This document shows positions 37,852 through 46,141 of a stretch of DNA of 64,000 nt, one piece after another. Origin of the DNA: an uncultured beta proteobacterium (lineage in GTDB: Bacteria > Pseudomonadota > Gammaproteobacteria > Burkholderiales > SG8-39); contig CAIYPG010000154.1 of the NCBI GenBank assembly GCA_903928055.1, positions 5,774 to 69,773 on the forward strand. Reading direction: 5' to 3'. The notes below the pieces were generated by a model. The model made no database searches and was not told where the DNA came from. It saw only the letters and a program-made list of their open reading frames with translations. Numbering within the stretch: position 1 is the stretch's first letter; each line of letters opens with the position of its first letter. A program made the position numbers and the translations under genes.

Positions 37852-38817
37852 ATGAAAAAAACGATAGTACTCGCAGCAGGCATTTTACTCAGCATGACCG
37901 CATCGTGGGTCGGGGCACAGAGTGCCTTCCCCGCCAAGCCCGTGCGCATCATCGTCGGCTTTGATCCGGGCGGCCCGAATGACACCCAGGCGCGCATGGT
38001 CGGCCAGAAAATGAGCGAAACCATGGGTCAGGCGGTGATCGTCGAGAATCGCACCGGCGCCGACGGCATCATTGGTGCGGATCTCGCAGCAAAAAGCCCG
38101 GCGGATGGCTACACCCTGCTGCTGGTATCCGCGGGCCATGCCATCAACACGAATTTCGTGAAGCAGCTCCCCTATCACCCGGTCAATGATTTTTCATCGG
38201 TCATCCAGCTTTCGTCGGCGCCGTTCGTGCTGGTCGTGCATCCCTCGGTGCCGGCACAGAACACTGCGGAACTGATCCGCTATGCCAAGGCGAATCCCGA
38301 CATGCTTCACTACGCTTCCACCGGCCTGGGCAGCTCGCTGATGATGGGCATGGAACTGTTCAATCTCCTCGCCGGCATCAAGACCGTGCATGTGCCCTAC
38401 AAGGGCGGTGCTCCGGCGACTTCGGACCTGATCGCCGGCCGCGTGCAGGTGATGACGAACAACGTGGTGGGCTCGCTGCCCAACGCGCGTGCCGGCAAAC
38501 TGCGCGCACTGGCCGTGACCTCGGCACAGCGCTCGCCGCTTGCGCCGGATCTGCCGACCATTGCGGAAACCGTGCCCGGCTATGAAATGGATGCGTGGTA
38601 CGGACTGCTCGCGCCCAAGGGTGTCCCGGCGGCGGCGGCCAACCGCCTGAATGCCGAGGCGAACAAGGCGCTGGCTGGCGCCGACGTCAAGCAGCGCTTC
38701 GCCGTGCTCGGCCTCACGCCGGTGGGTGGCACGCCCGAGGCCTTCATGAACCTGGTGAAGAGCGAATCGGTGAAGTGGGCGAAGGTCGTGAAGGAAAGCG
38801 GCATCACCGTGGAGTGA
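37852..38817 (+). CDS. Bug/TctC-family substrate-binding protein (paralogue 9)
   Basis: 321 aa from MKKTIVLAAGILL... (AGGAGAG RBS). ...AFPAKPVRIIVGFDPGGPNDT...HVPYKGG.... Confidence 0.9.
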   Translation: MKKTIVLAAGILLSMTASWVGAQSAFPAKPVRIIVGFDPGGPNDTQARMVGQKMSETMGQAVIVENRTGADGIIGADLAAKSPADGYTLLLVSAGHAINTNFVKQLPYHPVNDFSSVIQLSSAPFVLVVHPSVPAQNTAELIRYAKANPDMLHYASTGLGSSLMMGMELFNLLAGIKTVHVPYKGGAPATSDLIAGRVQVMTNNVVGSLPNARAGKLRALAVTSAQRSPLAPDLPTIAETVPGYEMDAWYGLLAPKGVPAAAANRLNAEANKALAGADVKQRFAVLGLTPVGGTPEAFMNLVKSESVKWAKVVKESGITVE

Positions 38818-38829
38818 TACGCAGGCAGG

Positions 38830-38864
38830 GCTGATCCCGGCCGAAGTGCGTGGCCGGGATCAGC
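38830..38864. terminator. long hairpin between convergent genes
   Basis: GCTGATCCCGGCC-(9 nt)-GGCCGGGATCAGC, a 13-bp perfect stem. The T-run follows 11 nt later, so not a textbook intrinsic terminator. Confidence 0.5.
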
Positions 38865-38881
38865 GTTGCTGCACATTTTTT

Positions 38882-39736
38882 CTAGCGCAGTTCCGGCCAG
38901 AATTTCAGCGCGGCACCGGCCATCAGGTTTTCCCGGTCTTTTACCGAGAAGGGCTTGATCGCATCCTTCGCGGCTTCCAGTGCGCTTGCGTAGCTCCAAT
39001 CCGGTTCATGGATGGCCGGATAGTTCGAGCCCCACATCAGTCGCTCCGAACCGTAGGCATCGACCAGACGCTTCATGAAGTCCTGGGGCTTTACATTCGC
39101 CTTGAGGCAATTCTGGATCAGGTTCGTGGAGAACTTCACCGAGAAGTTCGGAAAGCGCGCCAGGTCAAAAAGCGACTGCGCCTTGGCAAAGGGCGCGCCA
39201 TCATCGACCTGCACGCCCGAGGTGTGGTCCACGGTTATTGCGATGTCCGGATAGCGCTCGAGCATTCGTGTGAAGGCGGCATGGGCCGGCGGCCGTACCC
39301 CCATCATCACCATGGGCACTTTCAGCGCCCTGCAGGCATCCCACACCGGGAAGGTCCGTGGATCATCGACGGCATATTCCAGCGGCCTGATGCGCACGCC
39401 GCACAGGCCACGCCGTACCCAGTCGCGCACGGTGTCGGCCGCACCGGGGGCGAGCGGATCGATCATGCCCACCGGCGTGAAGCGCTGGCGCTGCACAGCA
39501 CCGGCCTGTTTGTTGTGGCGGATGGAACTGTCCAGCGTATAGCGATTGTCGTAGCCGTGTCCTGCCAGGGCCTGCACCAGCACCGCACCGGTGACGCCGG
39601 CGGCGTCCATGCGCGCGACGATCTCCTCCATATCCTTGGCATCGGTGGGCACCCAGGCGAGCTTTGTCACATGGATCTGCGGATAGTCCGGCTGGTTCTT
39701 GGCAATGACGTGCACATGCGTGTCGATGATGTCCAT
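38882..39736 (-). CDS. amidohydrolase-2 family metal-dependent hydrolase/decarboxylase
   Basis: 284 aa. MDIIDTHVHV... (HxH metal motif), TIM-barrel amidohydrolase pattern, ...WGSNYP.... Confidence 0.8.
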   Translation of the reverse strand: MDIIDTHVHVIAKNQPDYPQIHVTKLAWVPTDAKDMEEIVARMDAAGVTGAVLVQALAGHGYDNRYTLDSSIRHNKQAGAVQRQRFTPVGMIDPLAPGAADTVRDWVRRGLCGVRIRPLEYAVDDPRTFPVWDACRALKVPMVMMGVRPPAHAAFTRMLERYPDIAITVDHTSGVQVDDGAPFAKAQSLFDLARFPNFSVKFSTNLIQNCLKANVKPQDFMKRLVDAYGSERLMWGSNYPAIHEPDWSYASALEAAKDAIKPFSVKDRENLMAGAALKFWPELR

Positions 39737-39770
39737 GCACTTCTCCGGGAAATGGGGGTGTTTTGCGCCG

Positions 39771-39835
39771 GCAATAATAATCGATTTAATATCACATTAA
39801 CCAGTTTTGTCGATTATGTTATTGTTTTTGGAATC
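39771..39835 (+). promoter_or_regulatory. AT-rich intergenic module (copy E)
   Basis: GCAATAATAATCGATTTAATATCACATTAACCAGTTTTGTCGATTATGTTATTGTTTTTGGAATC in the divergent spacer; right end ~45 nt before the Bug paralogue 10 start. Confidence 0.4.
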
Positions 39836-39882
39836 GGAGGTCTTCGCGTTCCGACAAACGGGCGAAAGTGAGGAGGGCGAGC

Positions 39883-40872
39883 ATGGGGCATCTGCGACTG
39901 TCGGTGAGGACGTGCCTATTCATCATTCTGCTGCTGGCGTGGAGCGCGCGGGTGCAGGGCCAGGAGGCCGCTGCCTACCCCTCGAAGCTGGTGACCATCG
40001 TGCTGCCGTTTCCTCCGGGCGGCCCGTCGGAGAAGGAGTCGCGCCTCTACGCCACGAAAATGACGGCGCTGCTCGGCCAGACCTTCCTGCTTGACTACAA
40101 GCCCGGCGCCGCCGGCACGATCGCCGCCGCCCAGGTGGCAAAAGCCAGGCCCGATGGCTATACGCTGCTGATCGCCACCGGCGGATTCACCACCAATCCG
40201 GCGCTGTACAAGGACCTGAGCTTTGATCCGGTGAAGGACTTTGCCCCGGTCTCGCTGATGACCCAGCGCACCTCCGTGCTGCTCATCAACCCGAACCATC
40301 CGGCGAAGACCTTTGCCGAATACATCGCCTATGCAAAAAAGAATCCGGGAAAAATCAATTACGCCACGGTGGGTGCAGGCGGCATCGCGCACCTGGGCGC
40401 CGCCTGGCTGCACAGCGCCAGCGACGTGAAGGTGACCTATGTGTTTTACAAGGGCGGCACGGCGCTGATGCTCGACCTGATGGAAGGTCGTCTCGATGCC
40501 ACCTCGGCGCCGCTGTTGTCGGTGCTGCCGCAGATCAAGGCCGGCAAGCTGCGCGCCCTGGGACTGATGAACGACAAGCGCTCCGACCTCCTGCCCGGCG
40601 TGCGCAGCATTGCCGAGCAGGGCGTGCCCGGATTCAATTACGCGAGCTGGTTTGGCGTGGTCGCGCCCGGCGCGACTCCCGTGGCGATCGTCAACAAGCT
40701 GGCCGAAAATCTGGCGATCACTGCCCATGCGCCGGAAGTGGCTGCGCCGCTCGAGGCCGAAGGCAGCAGCATGGTCGGCAGCACGCCGGCGGAATTCCGC
40801 AAGGTCATTGTCGCGGAGACCGCGATCTGGAAGAAGGTCGTGGCCGAGGCCGGGATCAAACTGGAGGAGTAG
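39883..40872 (+). CDS. Bug/TctC-family substrate-binding protein (paralogue 10)
   Basis: 329 aa from ATG 39883 (AGGAGG 6 nt upstream). ...AAAYPSKLVTIVLPFPPGGPSEK.... Confidence 0.9.
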   Translation: MGHLRLSVRTCLFIILLLAWSARVQGQEAAAYPSKLVTIVLPFPPGGPSEKESRLYATKMTALLGQTFLLDYKPGAAGTIAAAQVAKARPDGYTLLIATGGFTTNPALYKDLSFDPVKDFAPVSLMTQRTSVLLINPNHPAKTFAEYIAYAKKNPGKINYATVGAGGIAHLGAAWLHSASDVKVTYVFYKGGTALMLDLMEGRLDATSAPLLSVLPQIKAGKLRALGLMNDKRSDLLPGVRSIAEQGVPGFNYASWFGVVAPGATPVAIVNKLAENLAITAHAPEVAAPLEAEGSSMVGSTPAEFRKVIVAETAIWKKVVAEAGIKLEE

Positions 40873-40882
40873 TGCCTCTAGG

Positions 40883-41395
40883 CTATTGCAGCATCGCCGA
40901 ACAGGCCTGCACTTCGTTGTTGATGGCCTGCTCGATGTCCCTGCGCATCCTGCCGGAGTAGCCGCCAAAGAACAGGGTGGTGGCCGGAACGCGCTCGCCG
41001 TTGTGCAACACCAGGGCGAGGCGATAGGAAGGGCCGCTCTCACTGGTGGCGGGCCTGACCTCGAACTCGGCGTGCTCAAAATCGCGGATCGCGACCTCTG
41101 CCGGGCCGCCCGCCCGTTCAACGACCAGTTTGTTCGCGGATTTGTTGATGGTCACCCTGAATTTCGAGCGTCCGGCGATCCACGCAAATGTTCCGGAACC
41201 GGCGAGGCTCGCGGCAATCACGCCGGCCACGATGAACCAGGGCAGGTTGCCGACGGAATAAAAGGCCACACCGAGGAAAATCAGCGGCATCACCATGCTC
41301 GTGCCCATCAGCAGTTTCAGGCTGGGTTCCGCGGACACCACCAGCCGGCCTGTCGCGTCACGTTCGATGCGGCATGCGGCGAACATTCCCTGCAT
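40883..41395 (-). CDS. membrane protein, unknown function (2 TM + soluble C-terminal domain)
   Basis: 170 aa. Hydrophobic hairpin MVMPLIFLGVAFYSV / WFIVAGVIAASLAGSGTFAWI. 24 nt downstream of, and co-oriented with, Bug paralogue 11. Confidence 0.6.
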   Translation of the reverse strand: MQGMFAACRIERDATGRLVVSAEPSLKLLMGTSMVMPLIFLGVAFYSVGNLPWFIVAGVIAASLAGSGTFAWIAGRSKFRVTINKSANKLVVERAGGPAEVAIRDFEHAEFEVRPATSESGPSYRLALVLHNGERVPATTLFFGGYSGRMRRDIEQAINNEVQACSAMLQ

Positions 41396-41419
41396 GGGTC
41401 TTCCTTTTGCTGTCGCTGC

Positions 41420-42406
41420 TCAGTCCAGCGGCTGGATATTCAGCAGCTTGAAGTCCACGGCCAGCGCATCGGTTTCCTTCTTCACAAAAGCGGTGAACTG
41501 TTCCAGCGTTCCCGTCCATTGTTCGCGCTCGAAGCTTTCCTGGCGCGCCTTGAACTCGGGTGTCGCGGCGATCTGCGCCCATGTGCCGCGCAGCTTCTGC
41601 AGGATGGGCGGGGGCAGGTTCGCCACGCCATACAGCGCCTCCCAGAACGTCAGGTCGGCCACTTCCGGATATCCGGACTCCTTGAAGGTCGGCAGGTCGG
41701 GCAGGATTTTTGAGCGCTGCGTGCTGGTCACCGCCAGCGCCGTGATCTGCGGCAGTTTCATGCGCTGGCGGGCGACCGCCAGTGTGGGAAAGTAGACCTG
41801 GATGTCGTTGGCCACCAGGGCCTGGTTCAGCGGATCGCCACCCTTGAACAGCACCATTTCCATGTTGATGCCGGCAGCACGCTTCAGGCGCTCGGCGAGG
41901 ATGGTGCTGACTCCGGCCGGACCGAGCGAGCCATAGTTCAACTTGCCCGGATTGGCCTTGGCGTAGGCCACGAACTCGGCGAGTGTCTTCGCCCCGACTG
42001 CGCTGTTGATGATGAAGCCGTAGTAGGACAGGCCCACCACGCCCAGCGGCGTGAAATCATCGAACTTGTATTGGGGGTTCTTGTAGGCAAACACATTGCT
42101 GGCGAGGCCGGGCGCGGCAAACATGATGGTGTAGCCGTCGGGTCTCGATCGCAGAACCTCGATGGTGCCGATGAGGCCGCCGGCGCCGCCCTTGTTTTCA
42201 ACCAGCACCGGCTGCTTGAGTTGCATCGATAGCGTCTGTGCGACGAACCGTGCCGTGACGTCGGAGTTTGATCCGGCCGCATACAGCGTGACCAGGCGGA
42301 TCGGCCGCGCCGGATAGTCCTGCGCGACAGCGCGGGTCGCCGTGGCGATGGTGGTGGCGGACAGGATGACAGCGGTGGCCAGAACGGCCGGATGCAGTGT
42401 GCGCAT
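41420..42406 (-). CDS. Bug/TctC-family substrate-binding protein (paralogue 11)
   Basis: 328 aa from MRTLHPAVLATAV... (GAGGAGGA RBS). ...AQDYPARPIRLVTLYAAGSNSDV.... Confidence 0.9.
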   Translation of the reverse strand: MRTLHPAVLATAVILSATTIATATRAVAQDYPARPIRLVTLYAAGSNSDVTARFVAQTLSMQLKQPVLVENKGGAGGLIGTIEVLRSRPDGYTIMFAAPGLASNVFAYKNPQYKFDDFTPLGVVGLSYYGFIINSAVGAKTLAEFVAYAKANPGKLNYGSLGPAGVSTILAERLKRAAGINMEMVLFKGGDPLNQALVANDIQVYFPTLAVARQRMKLPQITALAVTSTQRSKILPDLPTFKESGYPEVADLTFWEALYGVANLPPPILQKLRGTWAQIAATPEFKARQESFEREQWTGTLEQFTAFVKKETDALAVDFKLLNIQPLD

Positions 42407-42631
42407 GCGTTTCCTCCTCGTTGATCTCTCCCTGTCCATCGTTCAGCGGGAACACTGCCCGTTGTTCCACCGGGTCGGAGGCTGCGCCTCTCTTTCCCCG
42501 GGCTTTCCGCCCTTGCATTGTTGAGGGCGGAAAACAGGCCGCTGCGTCGGCGGCCCCTTTGTGATTCGCTGCTTTGTGGTTCGTTGATGTGGCGAAAATC
42601 CGTGTTGCGAAAGTCTGCCGTCAAGCCGCCA

Positions 42632-44032
42632 TTAATGTACCAGCAGTGCAACGATGGCGTTCAGGTCGGCGCAGTTCTCCAGATCGCGCAGCGCGGCAAA
42701 GGCCTGCTTTGCTTTCGTCTCGGCAATCTTCGCTTCGCCGGCGCAGTCGCGGAATTTCCCCTCGAGATTGTCCCAGGTGAGTTCGCGTGACGGATGGCCG
42801 GGCGGCTTCATGACGCGAATGCGATCCTTCGTGCCGTTCTTCAGTTCCACGTCCACTTCCACGAAGCCGCGGCTGCCCGAGCTGCGCGTGTCGAACAGCG
42901 GATCATCGCCGCGGCATTCCGGCGTCTCATAGGCGCGGACGCGCTTGAGCAGGTCGCGCACTTCCGGGCGGCGCACTGCCGCGTCGGTGAATGTCGAGAT
43001 GCCGTAGCGTCCATCGATTGCTCCGGCGGCAGCCGTGTACTCCATGCTGAACTTGCCCTCCAGGCCGGTATTCGGTGCGGGGAAGGTGAGCACCTCCATG
43101 CCGCCTTCGGGCATGCGCACTTCGAGGCGGACCACATCGGTGGCGGCAAAGCCATGCCTGGCCTTCAACGCGAGCACGCCGTCCATGCCGCGATGCGTGG
43201 CGTAGCAGCACGGGAACTGTTTCAGCGCGATGCCCGGGTCGGTGATGATCCACGGCTTGCCAAGGCCGTCGATCGCCACCTGCGGATCAGACTCCTTCGT
43301 GCCATAGGAGGCAAAGAAACCGGCCTTGCCTTCCAGCGCATCCTCGGCGGCGGTGAAGCCGCTCATGGCGAGGTTCACGGCCTGAAGTGCATTGCGCGCG
43401 GCAAGCCCGGTGTGCAGCGGTGGGGTCATGGTGCCGAAATTGCGCCGCAGGCCGCTCGCCATGGAACTGGCGATGCCGAAGGCGATGCGCGTGGTCGTGA
43501 CATCGAGTGCATGCGTCTTGGCCAGCGCTGCCACGCCGCAGAACATCGCCAGCGTGCCGGTGCCGTGGAAGCCGCGGTGATAGTGCTCGATGGTGATGGC
43601 GTGGCCGATCTTGCCGCCGACTTCGATGCCCATGACCTGGGCCTCGATGAGCGTTTTTCCGGACATGGGCTTCGAGGCAAGCCCGGCGATCACGGCCGGC
43701 AGGATCACGGCGCTGGGATGCGCCGGCATCATGGACAGGACGTCGTCGAAATCGAGCGCATGGCCGTAGGTGCCGTTGATCAGTGCCGCGGTCTCCGCGC
43801 CGCAGCGCTGCGCGGTGCCGAGTATCGGGCTGCTGCCGGTTTCGCCTGAGCGTTTCAGGTAATGGCTCAGCGGTTCGGACACTTCGCTGTTCGCGCCGGA
43901 GAGGATGACGGCGACGGTATCGACGATGACCTTCTTTGCCTTGTCGTTGGCGCCCGAGGGGAAGTCCGCGAGCGATTTGTCGCGGATGAATTCGGCGACG
44001 ACCTGGGTCAGTCCGGCGGGGCGCGCGCTCAT
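42632..44032 (-). CDS. MmgE/PrpD-family protein (2-methylcitrate dehydratase-like)
   Basis: 466 aa from MSARPAGLTQVVAEFI.... ...VIVDTVAVILSG...LDFDDV...HPSAVILPA...GFHGTGT... is typical of PrpD-like proteins. Confidence 0.85.
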   Translation of the reverse strand: MSARPAGLTQVVAEFIRDKSLADFPSGANDKAKKVIVDTVAVILSGANSEVSEPLSHYLKRSGETGSSPILGTAQRCGAETAALINGTYGHALDFDDVLSMMPAHPSAVILPAVIAGLASKPMSGKTLIEAQVMGIEVGGKIGHAITIEHYHRGFHGTGTLAMFCGVAALAKTHALDVTTTRIAFGIASSMASGLRRNFGTMTPPLHTGLAARNALQAVNLAMSGFTAAEDALEGKAGFFASYGTKESDPQVAIDGLGKPWIITDPGIALKQFPCCYATHRGMDGVLALKARHGFAATDVVRLEVRMPEGGMEVLTFPAPNTGLEGKFSMEYTAAAGAIDGRYGISTFTDAAVRRPEVRDLLKRVRAYETPECRGDDPLFDTRSSGSRGFVEVDVELKNGTKDRIRVMKPPGHPSRELTWDNLEGKFRDCAGEAKIAETKAKQAFAALRDLENCADLNAIVALLVH

Positions 44033-44057
44033 GAAGCTGCTCCGTGAGCCGTGTCGC

Positions 44058-44132
44058 TGTAATATGTGATCATAAATTTCATGTAATCTCTCTTGTAACA
44101 ATGATATTTATTTATTATTGATAATAATTATG
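44058..44132 (+). promoter_or_regulatory. AT-rich intergenic module (copy B)
   Basis: ATATGTGATCATAAATTTCATGTAATCTCTCTTGTAACAATGATATTTATTTATTATTGATAATAATTATG. Shares TGATCATAA and TTTCATG with copy A. Confidence 0.5.
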
Positions 44133-44425
44133 CGGCCGATTCCGGCACGGCGGCTGTTGCCGCTCTGGTCTGCCGCAATGATAAGCGATTTGCTCCGGGG
44201 CTGTTCCAGCGGCATTGCAGGGCGGCTGTGCCGGAGCGGGACACGGTGAAAACCGCTATCATCCCCGTCATCAATGCAGCATTCCAGCAGGCCGTAGCGG
44301 AGGGCGCAGCACCCGGTTCATCGGGGCGGGCCATTTGGCGATTGGACGAGTCTTCGGAAGTCCGCAATCCGAGCGCATCAGACCGCATCCGATTGCCTCC
44401 GGTGACCCATGGGGAATAACGACCG

Positions 44426-45028
44426 ATGATCGTAGGGGTGGTTTCGGACATTCATTGCAACGTCGAGGGCCTGCGCGCGGCCGTCGCCGCAATGGGCCGC
44501 ATCGACCACCTGATCTGCCTTGGCGACTGCATCTACGATTTCCGGTTTTCCAATGAGGTCGTGGCGCAACTGCGCGAGTACAAGGCCGACGTCATCATGG
44601 GCAACCACGAAGAGGGGTTCTTCGGCCCGAACGGCGTGCGCGCGCGCCAGGCGGCCTGGATCGACCGCGACCATTTCGACTGGCTGTCCAGCCGGCCGCG
44701 CCGCCTCGAGCTCGACCTGCACGGGCGCAGCATCCTCGTGGTGCATTCCACGCCCTGGGAGCCGCGCGGCGATTACATTTATCCGAAGCACGCCAAGCTG
44801 CCGCAGTTCGGCGAGGCGGATGCCGATTTCGTGCTGTACGGCCATACGCACATGCCGGTGGTGCGGCGCTTCGGCCGCGTGCTGGTGGTCAATCCCGGCA
44901 CGGCCGGCGATCCGCGCTTCGGGCCCATGATGAGTTGCGCCGTGCTCGATCTCGAAGCCAATGACGCGCGCATCATCGAATACACACTCGACACGCAGGC
45001 CACCGAGGCGGAGAGTTCTGGCACCTGA
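44426..45028 (+). CDS. metallophosphoesterase (YfcE/MJ0936-like)
   Basis: 200 aa. VVSDIHCN...GDCIYD...GNHEE...VVHSTPW...GHTHMP.... Confidence 0.85.
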   Translation: MIVGVVSDIHCNVEGLRAAVAAMGRIDHLICLGDCIYDFRFSNEVVAQLREYKADVIMGNHEEGFFGPNGVRARQAAWIDRDHFDWLSSRPRRLELDLHGRSILVVHSTPWEPRGDYIYPKHAKLPQFGEADADFVLYGHTHMPVVRRFGRVLVVNPGTAGDPRFGPMMSCAVLDLEANDARIIEYTLDTQATEAESSGT

Positions 45029-45104
45029 GGTTTCGTCGGGATTTCACACGCGTCCCGCAGAGGACGCAGCCGGTTTTTTCATTGCAGCATCAAAGGAGAG
45101 CGTT

Positions 45105-46103
45105 TTGCATCATCGTCACTGGTTTGTGTCGTCCATGGCCGTTGCATCCACGGTTGCCTGCCTGTCCCTGCCGGGTGCCGCATCCGCCCAGGGAAATCCT
45201 GCTGCGTATCCGGCCAAGCCGGTCACCCTGATCCTGCCGCTGGCCGCGGGCGGTCCGGTGGATGTCGAGACGCGTGTCTACTCGACCAAGCTGACCGAAA
45301 TGACGGGCCAGCCCTTCCTCGTCGATTACAAGCTCGGTGCCGCAGGCACGATCGCCGGCGCCTATGTCGCGAAGGCGGCGCCTGACGGCTATACCGTGCT
45401 GGTCGTGAACGGCGCCTTCACCACTTTCCCCGCGCTCTATACGAACCTGTCCTTCGATGTGCTCAAGGATTTCGCGCCGGTGTCACTGGCCAGCAAGCGC
45501 GGCCAGTTGCTGCTGGTGTCGCCCTCGTTCCCGGCGAAGACCTACGCCGAGTACATCGCCTATGCCAGGGCCAATCCGGGCAAAATCAACCTGGGGACCA
45601 CGGGCGCAGGTTCCGGCACGCACCTGGCGGGCGCCTGGCTGCACAGCGCAACGAACACCAGGGTGACGTTCGTGCACTACAAGGGCACGGGTCCGCTGCT
45701 GCCCGACCTGATGGCCGGACGCATCGATGTCACGGTGGCGGCGGTGCCGCCGACGCTGCAGTTGATCAAGTCGGGCAAGCTGCGTGCGCTTGCCATGATG
45801 GGTGACCGCCGCACCAGCTTCCTGCCCGACCTGCCGACGGTCGCGGAGATGGGCGTCCCCGGCTACGACTATTCCGGCTATACAGGTTTCTTTGCGCCGG
45901 GCGCAACGCCGCCGGCGCTGGTGGCACGCCTCAATGAAGTCTTCGTCAAGGCGGTGAAATCGCCCGATGTCAGCAGCCGGCTCGAGGCCGACGGCAACAT
46001 CATGGTGGGCAGTACGCCTGCGCAGTTCCGCCAGATGCTGGTCACCGAAGCTGCGGTATGGCGCAAGGTGGTGGACGAAAACGGCATCAAGCTGGAGGAG
46101 TAG
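45105..46103 (+). CDS. Bug/TctC-family substrate-binding protein (paralogue 12)
   Basis: 332 aa if the TTG at 45105 (AAGGAGAG RBS) is used; ATG 45135 is an alternative. ...AAYPAKPVTLILPLAAGGPVDV.... Confidence 0.88.
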   Translation: MHHRHWFVSSMAVASTVACLSLPGAASAQGNPAAYPAKPVTLILPLAAGGPVDVETRVYSTKLTEMTGQPFLVDYKLGAAGTIAGAYVAKAAPDGYTVLVVNGAFTTFPALYTNLSFDVLKDFAPVSLASKRGQLLLVSPSFPAKTYAEYIAYARANPGKINLGTTGAGSGTHLAGAWLHSATNTRVTFVHYKGTGPLLPDLMAGRIDVTVAAVPPTLQLIKSGKLRALAMMGDRRTSFLPDLPTVAEMGVPGYDYSGYTGFFAPGATPPALVARLNEVFVKAVKSPDVSSRLEADGNIMVGSTPAQFRQMLVTEAAVWRKVVDENGIKLEE

Positions 46104-46141
46104 CCCTCCACGGCCGGCCACGCAGCAGCTCGGGCCGCGGC

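Noticed and set aside
44228-44419. 63-aa + strand ORF in the 393-bp spacer before the metallophosphoesterase gene
   Set aside because: It has no RBS, no recognisable motif and only moderate codon bias. It could be a gene remnant, but I cannot support it.
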